Below, piece by piece: positions 11,300 to 26,184 of a stretch of 64,000 nt of DNA. The notes beneath the pieces are model-generated. The model was given only the letters and a program-made list of their open reading frames with translations, was not told the origin of the DNA and ran no database searches. Position numbers and translations under genes: made by a program. Each line of letters opens with the position of its first letter. The first letter of the stretch is position 1. The stretch comes from Scyliorhinus canicula (taxonomy: Eukaryota). The stretch lies in the NCBI RefSeq assembly GCF_902713615.1, contig NC_052161.1, positions 60,967,424-61,031,423 on the forward strand. Direction: 5' to 3'.

Positions 11300-14200
11300 A
11301 GGCCGGGGATGTGGGGTGCGGGAGTTGAAGGTGGACACGGGCCAGATTTTACCCACAGGGTCGCCTACAGAGGCAGCAGGAGACGAGGCCAGATATGTGG
11401 GGGTGCCATGTGGTAGGGTGTACCTGGTGAGTGATCCATCACCGCCCCGATAACCAGCCCTGTCCCCCCCACCACCCTCAGGCCGAAACCCAAAGCCGGG
11501 AAGCTGCCGAGGGCGATCATCACGAAGCTCCACCAATATCAGGATCATGAGAGGATCCTGCGCTGGGCATGAGAATGTGTTAGCGTGGGACTGTGCTGCC
11601 TCGCTCTGATCAAACAACTTGGTCACAGAAAAGAGTAAGGACAGGTGAAGGTTTAATCTGGAAACCGGGTAGTCAGCGGCTAGAAGGAAGGGGCTAGACT
11701 TGCCCCGGGAGGGGAGCCACCATACTAGCAGGGATAGTTAGCACGGGAAGACAGACAGCAAGGGTGGGGGGGGGGGGGGGGGGGGCAAGGCACACTTCAC
11801 GGCAGGGAGGGAGCACCTGGTCAGTGGACCCACAGGGACAGGGAAGAGAAACGCATAAAGGGAGATGGGGAAAGGGCAATGCAGAGTAGGGGGTGTATGG
11901 GTGGGGGTCAAGGGAGGAAAAGTACACAAAAAGAGTTAGTTTTCGGATTAGCTTCAGCAGGTAAGGTACAGCCCGTGGAGACAAGATGGCTCTGCAAGCA
12001 ATTACTTTGGGAGGAAACCCTGGAGTGCAGGGGCGCACCCTCATGGTGTATATATAGTTGATGGGCATGTTGGACAAAGGGAAACCCCGGAGCCCAGGGG
12101 CCCGACCTCATGGTGAGAACAGTGACCGCAGCCATTTTGGACAGTCCCCTGCACTAAGGGAAACTCTGGAGTACAGGGGCACATCCACCAGGTAAGCATG
12201 GTCGACCCCACAAGAGCGGGGGAACCAACACACCACACCAGGATTATCTCCTGGAATGTCAGGGGACTTAAAGGCCCACTTTTCTGCAAGTTTGAAAGCT
12301 GACATAGTCTTCCTGCAAGAGGGATACCTGAGGGATAAGGACCGACTGCGGATAAGAAAGGGCTGAGCGGGACAGATATACCACTTGTGATCTGGGACGA
12401 GGGTTAGGGGAATAGCCGTACTGATTAGCAAGAGGATGAGGTGTACAGTAACGAGGATGATTACAGACCCAGGGGGACTGTACTTCATGGTCAGCAGTGC
12501 CCACACTGGAGCATCAGTAGTAAGTGTGTACACTCCCAACTTTGATGTTACAGATTTCATGAAAAAGATCATGACGGAAATCCCCAACATTAACACACAC
12601 CGACTGATCGTGGCGGGGGGGTTGACTTCAACTGTGTACATGACCCACTGATGGACCGATCGAATTCCAGATCGGGGAAAAGGACAGGCTTGGCTAGGGA
12701 ACTGGGAACATTCATGGAGCAGATGGGGGCACTGGACCCATGGCGATTCCTACACCCCAGTGGGAAGGAATTCTCATTCTTTTCGCTGTTCCACAAAGCA
12801 TACTCAAGGATAGATTTTTTTGCTGTGGGGAAATCGGTGCGTCCAGGAATAGTAAGGGTGGAATACTCCACAATAGCGATCTCCGTCCATGCTCCACATT
12901 ACGTGGTTGTGAGGCTGGAGATGGGCCATGCACAGTGCCCCACTTGGGGTTGGACATGTACCTCTTGGCCGATAAGGTCTTCTGCCAGAAAACATCACAG
13001 GCCATAGGTGAGTACATTACTAATAAGTAATGCAGCACGGTAGCATAATGGTTAGCACAATTGCTTCACAGCTCCAGGGTCCCAGGTTCGATTCCCCGCT
13101 GGGTCACTGTCTGTGAGGAGTCTGCACGTACTCCCCGTGTGTGCATGGGTTTCTTCCGGGTGCTCCGGTTTCCTCCCACAGTCCAAAGATGTGCAGGTTA
13201 GGTGGATTGGCCAAGCCAAATTGCCCTTAGTGTCCAAAATTGCCCTTAGAGTTGGTTGAGTGGGGTTACTGGGTAATGGGGATAGGGTGGTGTAGGCTTG
13301 GGTAGAGTGCTCTTTCCAAGAGCTGGTGCAGACTTGATGGGCCGAATGGCCTCCTTCTGCACTGCAAATTCTATGATAATAATACTAATGACCAGAATGG
13401 TGAAGTCTCACCTTCCACGTTCTGGGAGGCACAGAAGGCTGTGATTAGGGGATAGCTTCTAACCTACAAGGCACTTAGAGACATGGAAGAGAGGGAGGCC
13501 AGGCAACAGAACAGAAAGTACTCCCAGGCCCTGACCGTAGAGCTTCAGGTGGAAAGGAAAAAGCTAAAAATGGACTTTAACCTGCTATCCACCACGAAAG
13601 CAGTGCGCCAACTCCACCAGACATGGGGGACCTTCTATGAATACGGATGGGATGATACAAAATCCGAAGGGAATGTGGAGATGAAACAGTTCCTCAATGG
13701 ACTGGACATGCCAGTCATGGGCGAGGACAGGTGGGAGGAACTGGAAGTACCAATAGGATTGGGAGAGACCATAGAGAGTATCAGCTTCATGCAGGCGGAG
13801 AAGGCACCGGGACCCAACGGGTACCAGCAGACTTCAATAAAAAATTTGCATCAGTCCTGGCCCCACACCCACGGGGCATGTTCGCAGACTTGTTAGCGAG
13901 GGGCACCCTGCCTCCGATATTAACACAAGGCACAATATCGCTAATACCGAAAAAAGACCCGACAGAACATAGATCGTACAGACCCATTTCACTGCTCAAC
14001 GTAGACGCGAAGATACTCTCAAAAGCCCTGGCCAAGATACTGGAGAACTGCAACCAAAGGTGGACCAGATGGGCTTTGTCAAGGGTAGACAGCTAACTGC
14101 GAACACAGGCAGCTGCTAAATGTAATAATGATCCCATTCGGGTAGAGAACACCAGAGGTGATCGTCTCCCTGGATACAGAAAAGGCCTTCGACAGAGTCA

Positions 14201-16635
14201 TGTGGAAGTACCTCTTTGAGGAACTGGAGCAGTTTGGGCTGGGGACAGGATTCACTACGTGGGTGAAACTCTTGTATAACACCCCCAAGGCGAGCGTTTG
14301 GACAACACCACCTTCCAGCTGCACAGAAGCACAAGGCAGGGATGCCCACTGTCTCCTGTTTGCCCTGGCAATCGAACTCTTGGCGATCACTCTGCGAGAC
14401 GCGAAAAACTGGAAGGGCATCCAAAGAAGGGGCAGAGAGCAGAGTTTCACTCTATGCGAATGACCTGCTCCTTTACATCTCAGATGCACATAATGCCTGA
14501 AAGCAATAATGCAACTCCTGGAAGAGTTTGCAGCCTTCTCGGGCTACAAACTCAACCTGGGCAATAGTGAGACATTCCTGGTTAAACCGAGTGGGGGAGG
14601 GGCTGAGCTGGAGGGAATACCATTCAAACTGGCCCAAAGCAAATTCCACTACCTGGGGATCCAGATAGCCCACGACTGGACACAGATCCACAAGTGGAAT
14701 CTGACACATCTGACGGAGGAAGTATAAAAGGACCTAGAGAGTTGGGATGCACTCCCACTTTCCCTGGCGGGACGGGTGCAGACGATAAAGATTAACAGAC
14801 TGCCAAGGTCTCTCTTCCTGTTTAGATTAAATGAAAAATGAAAATCACTTATTGTCACGAATAGGCTTCAATGAAGTTACTGTGAAAAGCCCCTAGTCGC
14901 CACATTACGGCGCCTGTCCGGGGAGGCTGGTACGGGAATCGAACCGTGCTGCTGGCCTGCTTTAAAAGCCAGCGATTTAGCTGAGTGACCAATCTTCATT
15001 CTCAGGGCCTTTTTCCACAAGGTAGATAAAGTAATAATGGTGTTTGCGTGGGGGGGAAGAACAAGGTTTCCTAAGTTGTCACTGCAAAGGAGGAAAAATA
15101 TGGGTGAATCTACCACACTACCACTGGGCAGTCACAGCTGAGAGGGAGAGGGGATGGATACGAGAACCCAACACGGAATGGGTGAGGCTGGAGGAGTCCT
15201 CCTGCGAGGGAACGACAATCCGAGCCCTCGGCACGATAGTGGCCCCCATCCTCCCACAATAAAGTACGCACCCTGCCCAGTGGTCGTAGCCACACTGAAG
15301 ACATGGAACCAAATGAGGCAGCATTTCGTTCTAACCAAGATGCTCCCATGGCCCCATATGCGGCAACCATAAATTTCCACCAGCCATGCTCGACGTCACC
15401 TTTACAAAATGGAGACAGGACAGGGGGACACTAGCAGTCAGGGACCTTTACACAGGGGACAGACTCGCGACCTTGGGCGAACTGATGGATGACCTGGAAC
15501 TACCGACAGGACAGGAACTCGGGCACCTTCAAGTTAAACACTTTCTCTGCAACAAGACGGCACGTTACCCCAGGCCCTGAGAGATACACAATTAGAGGAG
15601 CTAATAAACACGGACAATAAGGAGGGGGGGAACTATAGGAGCATAAACGGACAGTTACTAGATAGGGCAAGACTACCACTGGATGAAGCCAGACGAAAGT
15701 GAGAAGATGAACTGGGGACGGAAGTGGGTTGGGGACTCTGGAGTGAAGCACGAGTAGGGCCAAATCCACCTCCTCCTGCCCGAGGCTAAGCCTCATGCAG
15801 TTCAAAGTGGTGCACCGAGCCCACCTGAACGAGCAGGTTCTTCCCAGAGGTGGAAGATAAATGTGAATGGTGCCAGGGAGTCCGGTCAACCACACCCACA
15901 TGTCCTGGGCCTGTTCCAGACTTGTCAGGTTCTGGACAGCCTTCTTCGAGGTGATGTCTAAGGTTGTAGGGGTGAGGGTGGAGCCGTGCCCGAGAGTGGC
16001 GGTCTTCGAGGTATCGGACCAGTCAGAACTACATATGGGGAAGAGGGTGGACGCCTTGGCTTTTGCTTCATTAATCGCACGCTGGAGAATCCTGCTCGGT
16101 TGGCGATCAGCAGCAGCACCCACAGCTACAGACTGGCTGGCAGTCCTGTCTGAATTTCTTCGTTTGGAGAAGATCAAATACACCATCCAAGGGTCGGATG
16201 AGGGCTTCCACAAAGCGTGGGAGCCATTCATCAGCCTGTTCCAAGACCTGTTCGAGGCCAATAGCGACTCGGGAGGGAGGCGGTGGGAGGTGGAAGGAGG
16301 GAGGAAAACAAATGAGGACACATACAGTGGAAAGAAGCAGAGGGGGAAAGAAGAGGAGGGAACCCATGGGAATCACTGAACAAAGCGAGGGGAGAAAAGG
16401 AAAGAAGGGGGGGCAAGGAGTGCCCCCCCCCCCCCTCCTTACTTCCCAGGGTATAAGCCAGCACCAAGAGTGAAAATTAAACTACCAACAGGGGGAAGAG
16501 AGGGGAGGAGGCAGATGGGGGGACCTGTAAAAATCTCTGTAAATAAGAACTTGCTATGTAAATACCAGGTTCACAATGGATTGAACTGTTACTCTGTAAA
16601 AACTGGAAAATACCAATAAAAATATTTCAAATATA
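11300..16635 (+). mobile_element. Degenerate L1/Tx1 LINE (ORF1 end, APE endonuclease, RT, 3' UTR) with SINE insertions at ~13031-13380 and ~14830-14985
   Basis: ISWNVRGL, YSRIDFF, YRPISLLNVDAK, SLDTEKAFDRV, HTHMSWAC motifs; AATAAA tail at ~16615. Confidence 0.9.
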
Positions 16636-16654
16636 TATATATAATATATGTAGT

Positions 16655-18790
16655 TGATGCCCAAAAAAGACAAAGATCCGACTGAGTGTGTGTCCTACTG
16701 ACCCATCTCCCTAGTCAATGTAGATGCAAAACTATGGAGAGCTGCATGCCAGAGATAGTCGCAGGAGACCAGATGGGCTTTTCAAGAGCAGGCAGCTAAC
16801 AGCGAACATCAGGCATCTGCTGAACATGATAATGACGCCATCCAGGGAGAGAACATCAGAGGTGATCATTTCCATGGATGCGGAAAATGCCTTTGACAGA
16901 GTCAGGCGGAAGTACCTCATAGAGGTTCTGGAGTGGGTTGGGCTTGGACTAGGGTTCGCCGCCTGGATGAAACTCCTGTACAACGTTCCCATGGCAAGCA
17001 TATGAACAAACACCACTAGCTCTAAATATTTCATGCTGCACAGAGGCACAAGGCCGAGATGCCCACTGTCCCTGCTGCTGTTCACCCTGGCAATCGAGCC
17101 ACTGCCGATCGCCCTCAGAACAGCGAAAGGCCGGAGAGGTATCTAAAGGGGGGACAGTGAGCATCCATTCCATGTGAATGACCTGCTTGTCTATATCTAG
17201 GACACTCCAAGCCAGAATGGAAGGGATATTTGGAACCTTTACGGGATACAAACCCAACCTGAGCAAGAGTGAAGTCTTCCCGGTGAACCAGCTGGAGGGA
17301 CGTCTGTTCAAACAAGCCCAAATTCCGCTACCTGGGGATCCAAAAAGGCCATGACTGAAAACGGATACTCAAATGGAACCCGATGAGTCTGGTGGAGGAA
17401 GTTAAAAAGGACCTGCAGAGGGCAGCACAGTGGTTAGGACTGCTGCCTACGGCGCTGAGGACCCAGGTTCGAATCCCAGCCCTGGGTCACTGTCCATGTG
17501 TAGTTTGCACATTCTCCCTGTGGCTGCGTGGGTTTCTCCCCCAGAACCCAAAGATGTGCAGATGGATTGGCCATGCTAAATAGCCCCTTAATTTGAAAAA
17601 TGTAATTGGGTACTCTAAATTTTAAAAATAAGACCTGCAGAGGAAGGACCCACTCCCAGTTTTGCTGGCAGGCACGATGCAGACGATCAAAATGAATGTA
17701 CTTCCGAGGTCCCTCCCGATCTACATCCCTCGGCCTTCATCAACACAGTAGACACATTAATCATGCAGTTTGTGTGGGGAGGGGTTGGAAAGAACCCGTG
17801 GACCCAAAAAAGTGTTCTACAAAGGAAAAGAAGTATGGGAGGCCTTCCCCTCCCAACCTACAGTTTTACGATAGGGCGGCCACAGCAGAAAGAGTGAGGG
17901 GATGGGGGTAGGAACTGGGAGTGGAATGAGTGAGGATGGAGGAGAGTTCCTGCATAGGGACTTCCCTTCAAGCCCTAGTCACGACTGCGCTCCCAACCCC
18001 CCCCCTGACCAAACACTCAAGAACCAGTGGTAGCAGCCACGCTCCAAACGTGCTATCAAATGAGTGAGAGAACACTTTAGCCTAACTGAAATGTCCAACA
18101 TGGCCCCCGTCTGTAACAACCACAGGTTCACAGCCGCAACAATGGTAACAATGGCTGCCACTTTCAAATGGTTGAGACAGGACGAGTGGACACTGACGGT
18201 TACACAGTCAGCAGATTAGTGATGTTGGAAGAACCTACGGAGAGGTACCAAGTACCTAAAGGGAATGAAATGAGGTATATACAGGACAAGAACTTCCTCC
18301 ATAGGGAAACGACGATCTACCCCTAGACACCAGGACACTTGTTAGCTGAGGGACTGTTGTAGGCGGGCAACTTAGGGAAGGGGAACTGCGGGGACCGGTA
18401 TGGAAGAGATACACTTACCCCTGGAAGAGACAAGAGAAAAAGGGGAGGAAGAACTGGCCACAGAAATGGGGGGGGTCTCTGGATCGAAGTCCTGCACAGG
18501 GTGAACTCCACCTCCACAAGCTCAGGGCTAAGCCTAATGCAGCTAAAGGTGGTGTTCAGAGCACACCCAACCAGAACGCAAATGAGCAGGTTCTTCCAGG
18601 AGGTGGAGGACAAATTCATAAGGTGCCAGGGAGGCTCGGCCAACCACACCCACATGTTCTGCTCAAGCCCCAGACTTGTCCGGTTCTGGACGACCTTCTT
18701 TGAGGCAATATCCAAGATTATGTGGAGCCAAACCCCAAAGTGGAGGTCTCCAGGGTTTCAGGGCAGCCAGAAATCTTTATGGGGACGGGG
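16655..18790 (+). mobile_element. Second degenerate L1/Tx1 ORF2 fragment with a SINE at ~17420-17630
   Basis: ISMDAENAFDRV, LSLMQLKVVFRAH, CQGGSANHTHMF motifs. Confidence 0.85.
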
Positions 18791-19439
18791 TCTATACCAT
18801 CAGGTTCCCCGTGGCCTCGGCTGAATATGATATCCCCCGATGAGGAAGTGGGGCTACACCCTGGGACAAGGGTATTCCAACCTGGGCGACCCTTTGGGGA
18901 GCAGTGAGTATGTTGAGTAAATTTATTAAATCCTTTTGTTCCTTATCTGTCATTGCTTCCTCGTGGTCACTCGTCCCTTGTTACACCTCCCTAAACCTTT
19001 CCCCATCTCTATCTCTCTTTCTTCATTTAAGCTCCACTTTACTACTTGCCACTGACCAAGTTTAACCTCTGTGCCCTAATATCACTTTACATGTCTTGGT
19101 AACTAATTTTGCTTCATAACACTCCTGCAAAGTGGCTTGGGCACTATGAATATGTTTTATACATGTAAACTGTGTTTTGTTGGTTAGGTTCCAAAGGGCA
19201 AGAATTGTTGACATATATCTGTGTCTATAATCATAAAATATAATTAATATTCATCTAATTTAATATCTACTTATTTTACCTGCCTCTATTGTGTCTTCCC
19301 TTAGCCCGCAGTCTCCCTTTGTAGGTTGTGTACAAGTTACTCTGTGGTGCCAAGACGAAATGTGTTCACCCAATGGTGACAGAACGTAAACATTACCGAC
19401 TTATTAATTATTTGATAGTATAGTTTGTAGTCAGTTAAG

Positions 19440-22400
19440 GTAAAGGGTAAAAATGGCAGGAGATCCCAGACCCGTGTTATGCTCCTCGTGCTCAATGTGG
19501 GAGTTCAGGGACGCGGCCGATGTCCCTGACTCCTTCATGTGCGCGAAGTGTGTCCAGCTGCAGCGCCTGTTAGACCGTATGATGGCTCTGGAGCTGCGGG
19601 TGGACTCACTTTGGAGCATCCGCAATGCTGAGGAGGTCATGGATAGCACGTTCAGTGAGTTGGTCACACCGCAAATTAGGATTGGTGAGGGAGACAGGGA
19701 ATGGGTGACCAAAAGGCAGAGAAAGAGCAGGAAGGCAGTGCAGGTGTCCCCTGCGGTCATCTCCCTCCAAAACAGGTATACCGTTTTGGATACTGTTGGG
19801 GGAGATGACTTACCAGGGGAAGGTAGTAGTAGCCAGGCTCATGGCACCGTGGCTGGCTCTGCTGCACAGAAGGGCGGGAAAAAGACTGGCAGGGTTATAG
19901 TCATAGGGGATTCAATTGTAAGGGGAATAGACAGGCGTTTCCGTGGTCGAAAACGAGACTCCCGAATGGTATGTTGCCTCCCGGGTGCTCGGGTCAGGGA
20001 TGTCTCCGATCGGCTGCAGGACATACTAAAGGGGGAGGGTGAACAGCCAGTTGTCGTGGTGCATATAGGCACCAACGATATAGGTAAAAAAAAAAGGATG
20101 AGGTCCTACAATCAGAATTTAGGGAGATAGGAGATAAGTTTAAAAAGTAGGACCTCAAAGGTACTAACATCAGGATTGCTACCAGTGCCACGGGACAGTC
20201 AGAGTAGAAATTCAAGAATAGTCAGAATGAATACGTGGCTTGAGAGATGGTGCAGGAGGGAGGGGTTCAGATATTTGGGACATTGGGACCGGTTCTGGGG
20301 GCGGTGGGACCATTACAAACCGGATGGTCTACACCTGGGCAGGACTGGAACCAATGTCCTAGGGGGTGCTTTTGCTAACACTGTTGGGGAGGTTTTAAAC
20401 AAATGTGGCAGGGGGATGGGAACCAGATTAGGAAGTTAGAGGTCAGTAAAGAGGCAGCAACTAAAGCCAGTAAGGTACGAGATAATAAACTCTGTGTGAC
20501 TAAGGGAAAGAGTAGACAGGGAAGAGATGATGAACGCAAAGGGGCAGGTGGTCTGACGTGCATTTATTTTAATGCGAGAAGTGTAGCAGGTAAGGCAGAT
20601 GAGCTTAGGGCTTGGATCAGTACCTGGGAATATGATGTTATTGGTATTACTGAGACTTGGTTGAGGGAAGGGCAAGACTGGCAACTGAATATCCCAGGGT
20701 ATAGATGCTTCAGGAGGGATAGAGAGGGAGGTAGAAGAGGTGGAGGAGTTGCATTACTCGTCAGAGATGATATCACAGCTGTGATTAAGGAGGGCACGAT
20801 GGAGGAAACGAGCACTGAGGCAATATGGGTCGAGCTAAGAAATAGGAAGGGTGCAGTAACATTGTTGGGACTTTACTACAGGCCTCCAAAAAGTGAGCAT
20901 GAAGTAGAGGTACAAATATGTAGACATACTGTATTATAGAAAAATGTAGGAGCAATAGGGTGGTTGTGATGGGAGATTTTAACTTCCCCAACATTGAATG
21001 GGATTTGTGTAGTGTTGGAGGCGTAGATGGAGCAGAGTTTGTAAGGAGCATCCAGGAGATTTTTTTAGAGCAGTATGTAAATAGTCCAACTCGGGAAGGG
21101 GCCATACTGGACCTGGTATTGGGGAATGATCCCGGCCAGGTGGTTGATATTTCAGTCGGTGATTACTTTGGGAATAGCGATCACAATTCCGTAAGTTTTA
21201 GAATACTCATGGACAAGGACAAGAGTGGTCCGAAAGGAAGAGTGCTAAATTGGGGAAAGGCAGAGTATAACAAAATTTGGCAGGAGCTAGGGAATGTGGA
21301 TTGGGAGCAGGTGTTTAAGGGTGAATCCACATTTGAAATGTGGGAGTCTTTTAAGGAGAGGTTGATTAGAGTGCAGGACAGACATGTTCCTGTGAAAATG
21401 AGAGATAGAAATGGCAAGATTAGGGAACCATGGATGACGGGTGAAATTGTGAGACTAGCTAAGATGAAAAAGGAAGCATATTTAAGATTGAGGCGACTCA
21501 AAACTGATGAAGCTTTGGAGAAATATCGGGAAAGTAGGACGAATCTCAAACGCGCAATAAAGAGGGCTAAAAGTGGTCATGAAATATAGAACATAGAACA
21601 TAGAACAGTACAGCACAGAACAGGCCCTTCGGCCCTCGATGTTGTGCCGAGCAATGATCACCCTACTTAAACCCACGTAACCCGTATACCCGTAACCCAA
21701 CAATCCCCCCATTAACCTTACACTACGGGCAATTTAGCATGGCCAATCCACCTAAATATCTTTGGCTAACAGGGTTAAGGAAAATCCCAAAGCCCTTTAT
21801 TCGTATGTAAGGAGCAAGAGGGTAACTAGAGAAAGGATTGGCCCACTCAAAGACGAAAGAGGGAATTTATGTGTGGACTCAGAGGAAATGGGTGAGATTC
21901 TTAATGAGTACTTTGCATCGGTATTCACAAAGGAGATGGACAAGATGGATGTTAAGACTAGGGATGGATGTTTAAATACTCTAAGTCAAGTTGTCATACG
22001 GAAAGGGGAAATTTTGGGTATTCTAATAGACATTAAGGTGGACAAGTCCCCAGGACCGGATGGGATCTATCCCAGGTTACTGAGGGAAGCAAGGGTCAAA
22101 ATAGCTGGGGCCTTAACAGATATCTTTGCAGCATCCTTGAGCACGGGTGATGTCTGGAGAATTGTTAATGTTGTCCCTTTATTTAAGAAGGGTAGCAAGG
22201 AAAATCCAGGGAATTATAGGTCTGTGAGCTTGACGTCAGTGGTAGGCAAACTGTTGGAGAAGATACTGAGGGATAGGATCTATTCACATCTGGAAGAAAA
22301 TAGACTTATCAGTGAAAGGCAGCATGGTTTTGTGCAGGGAAGATCATGTCTTACAAACCTAATAGAATTCTTTGAGCAAGTGACAACGTTAATTGATGAG

Positions 22401-23605
22401 GGAAGGGCTGTAGATGTCATATACATGGACTTTAGTAAGGCGTTTGATAAGGTTTCCCATGGCAGGTTGATGGAAAAAGTGAAGTCGTATGGGGTTCAGG
22501 GTGTACTAGCTATATGGATAAAGAACTGGCTGTGCAACAGGAGATAGAGTAGTGGTGGAAGGGAGTGTCTCAAAATGGAGAAGGGTGACTAGTGGTGTTC
22601 CACAGGTATCCGTGCTCGGACCACTGTTGTTTGTGATCTACATAAATGACGTGGAGGAAGGTATAGGTGGTCTGATTAGCAAGTTTGCAGATGATACTAA
22701 GATTGGTGGAGTTGCAGATAGCGAGGAGGACTGTCAGAGAATACAACAAAATATAGATAGACTGGAGAGTTGGGCAGAGAAATGGCAGATGGAGTTCAAT
22801 CCAGGCAAATGCGAGGTGATGCATTTTGGAAGATCAAATTCAAGAGCGGACTACATGGTCAGTGGAAGGGTCCTGGGGAAAATTGATGTACAGAGAGATC
22901 TGGGAGTTCAGGTCCATTGTACCCTGAAGGTGGCAATGCAGGTTGATAGAGTGGTCTAGAAGGCATACAGCATGCTTGCCTTCATCGGACGGGGTATTTA
23001 GTACAAGAATAGGCAGGTCATGTTACAGTTGTATAGGACTTTGGTAAGGCCACATTTGGAATACTGCGTGCAGTTCTGGTCGCCACATTACCAGAAGGAT
23101 GTGGATGCTTTGGAGAGGGTGCAGAGGAAGTTCACCAGGATGTTACCTGGTATGGAGGGTGCTAGCTATGAAGAAAGGTTGAGTAGATTAGGATTGTTTT
23201 CGTTGGAAAGACGGAGGTTGAGGGGGGACCTGATTGAGGTATACAAAATTATGAGAGGTATGGACAGGGTGGATAGCAACAAGCTTTTTCCAACAGTGGG
23301 GGTGTCAGTTACAAAGGGTCACGATTTCAAGGCGAGAGGGGGAAAGTTTAAGGGAGATGTGCGTGGAAAGTTTTTTGCGCAGAGGGTGGTGGGTGCCTGG
23401 AACGCTTTACCAGCGGAGGTGGTAGAGGCGGGCACGATAGCATCATTTAAGAGGCATCTAGACAGGTATATGAATGGGCGGGAACAGAGGGAAGTAGACC
23501 TTGGAAAATAGGAGACAGGTTTAGATAAAGGATCTGGATCGGCGCAGGCTGGGAGGGCCGAAGGGCCTGTTCCTGTGCTGTAATTTTATTTGTTCTTTGT
23601 TCTTT
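19440..23605 (+). mobile_element. Near full-length CR1 LINE: ORF1 (PHD-like Zn finger + SGNH esterase) and ORF2 (APE + RT), mutated
   Basis: ORF1 CSSC..CAKC, IGDSIVRG, HIGTND, DGLH; ORF2 GITETW, MGDFN, SDH, YMDFSKAFD, FADD, RPHLEYCVQFWSP; (ttgttct)n tail. A truncated SINE at 21586-21753 is flanked by TSD aaatat. Confidence 0.95.
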
Positions 23606-24079
23606 GACTGTCAGGAATGATCCAGCAGATTTTATCCCCACCATGTTCTGTACTAACCAAACTGTCAGCATTCACACTGATCAACCACGCAAATCAAATC
23701 TTAGCCATGCTTTCATTTTATTGACATACAACTTCTGATTATATAAATTAAATCTCTGTTTAGAAAATCAATATCTGCTGCCATTGTGCTTTATTCTCTT
23801 TAGCCCATTTTAACCTATTCTTATATCCTTTAGTCTTCCCTCCCTCTCCACCTTTCCACACCAGCAACAACTCTTGGGAGAACAGAATAAATATTATTTG
23901 TTTAGTTCATCAGTGGGGTCAATATTCCTGAATGAAACACAGAGATTTAGAATAATTACAATGAGATAATTTCAAAATTATCTCCATAACATGCTCCATA
24001 AAAAAAAACTCAGCAGAATGTAAGTTAAGTAGGCACCAGAGACTGTCTAGGATTAGAGAGTGTTAATTCATCTTTCAGT

Positions 24080-25562
24080 TCAGTGTTCGTTGGGAAAGTC
24101 ATTGTTGACCGAGATGGAAAGGCGTAATTCACAAAGAGCACTTAGATATTCTTCATTGTCAGGGTCCAACTCCAAGGCTTTTTCAAAGCTTTCAACAGCC
24201 TCGCGCTTCTTCCCATCCAGTTGGTGCATTAAGCCAAGAACACCATGGGCCTTGCTGTTTTTTGGATTCCTGCGAATTTGTCTTTCTGATATTGACTTCA
24301 AGTTCTCACAGCACCTTTTTCCTTCTGTTGAGTTAGAATCGACTTTCATTCCTTCCAGAAAATGGGTGATGGCGTTTGATTCCGAATTTTTCTGATGCAG
24401 TTCAAATAATCCAGCATCCAAACATATTGCCTGCTTATTTTCAGGACGTATATCTTCCAATCTCAGGAGATTATTGTAAATCTCCTCGACATTTTGATAT
24501 TCTTCATTTAATGAACAGATTCTGGCAAAATGCAGCTGTGCCCTAATAAATGTTAATGGGCGAGGTTCAAAAGCCTTTTTAAAATGATACTTACACAGTT
24601 CAATCAGTTCAGCTCTCTGTTGAAAAGCAGGTTCATCAGGTCTTTTGCTACATGAATTTTTATTCAAGAATAATAATTTATTTCTGTAACACACGCCTAT
24701 TTGATGGTGCAGGAAGGTAGAGTGTGGGGTCATTTCCAATCCTTTCTTCAACAGCTCCACAGCTTTTTCCACATCTCCTTTTAATCTGTAAAATTTTGCT
24801 GCATAGCGCAGCACATGTGGGAGATCAGGGGACTTCTGCAACGCTTTTTCAACTAATTCTATCGCTTCCTCACTTTGTTTGGAGTGTTGTAATTTTAGAG
24901 CTAACAGCACCATGGCTTCACCATGATTTGGATCAAACTCCAGCACACGTCTAAACTGCTTCATTGACTCAGTGGGTCCACGACTCTCTGTGGTTCCAGA
25001 AATATGTTCCAGACGAGAAAGAACAATCGCATATCCAACATTCCATTCAATATTATCTGGAACTTTCTCCACAGCCTTTTTGAAACATTCCTTTGCTTCT
25101 TCATAATATTGAGAACAAGACTTTAACAGTGACCAACCCTTCTCCCCGTATACTTCAGGTATCATTGCTGTGTACCGAGAGGCTTCGGGAAATTGTTTAC
25201 AGATCCTCTCCAGTTTGTCGAGGTAGGACTGAGCCTCTGTCAGTTGTCCCATGTGATAATATATCCAGGCATAGTTTCCATAGGTGATGACGATTCTTTT
25301 ATCAAATTCATCTTCATGATTTTCCCTCAGGAACTTTTCAGCTTCCTTTAAGTTTTGAATCGCCTCCTCACAGTTTCCTTGCAGACAGTTTACAAAAGCG
25401 AGTTGGTTGTAAAACCTGGGTTGAAATTTCACATTTGTCTGAACTGAATCTTCTAATCTTTGCTTCATGTCATCCAAGTCAATGTTTCCTTTCTGTGGCC
25501 CCCATGTGAAGTGACATTGAAGCTGTTCAAGCTTCACTTTCAACAAATCCTTCTCTTGGTCA
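24080..25562 (-). CDS. IFIT: IFIT-family protein (IFIT-B), intact coding exon 2 (495 aa with a Met-X exon 1)
   Basis: ORF 24080-25546 extended to the acceptor tttttctcttccAG at 25564-25563. CHFTW, YGNYAWIYYHMG, EKGWSLLK, LRYAAKFYR, LHHQIGVCY motifs and TPR repeats; no internal stop. Candidate AATAAA (minus) at 23790-23795 and 23717-23722. Confidence 0.96.
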
Positions 25563-26184
25563 CTGGAAGAGAAAAAAGCCCATCAAAATTCAGCTCAGAC
25601 TAACTGAATTATTTTCCAGCCCCTCCATCTAGTTTTATCATATAGCGCTGGTCCTGACTCAGTACTCAATGGCCCTGAAACCTCTGGTAACACATTGATT
25701 ATGTCAGCAAAATAAAGGGATTTACTTCATAACCTTTGTCTGTGCTTACACTTTTCTCATTTCTGTTAGTTGATATACTATCTGGAGGACATTTAAGTTC
25801 CTCACAAAATGAACAGTGAATCTCAACCACCTCCATGCTCAATGGGATGAAGAGGAGCTCTGGTTGAAGTACTCAATCGCCTATTGGTTTTGCCCAGTAC
25901 ATCACCTTCTCATTCTGCTCTGTAGGCCCCTCCTCACCGAGACTGCCTGTAGTCCCAGCATTGGCTCCACTCAAACCTGACACTGCTGAGTCTACAGAGC
26001 TGCTGGCCTGTCAATGGACTGGCTGCTCTCTCAGGTGGGACCTCCTTCCGAGTGAAGTGTGAAGTCGCAAGATAATTAATGCTGCTACCAGTGTTAAATT
26101 GATTCAGTGTTAGCTCCTCTTGAACCTTTAGCTGGGGTGTGGGGTTAGGATATGACGACTGTACCCTGTAAAATCCAGGCCGAT

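Noticed and set aside
19453-20439. Host SGNH esterase gene
   Set aside because: It is CR1 ORF1, directly followed by APE-RT ORF2.
25093-25287. Conserved antisense ORF shared with 60570-60830
   Set aside because: By-product of the nucleotide identity of the sense-strand patch; no independent start or splice evidence.
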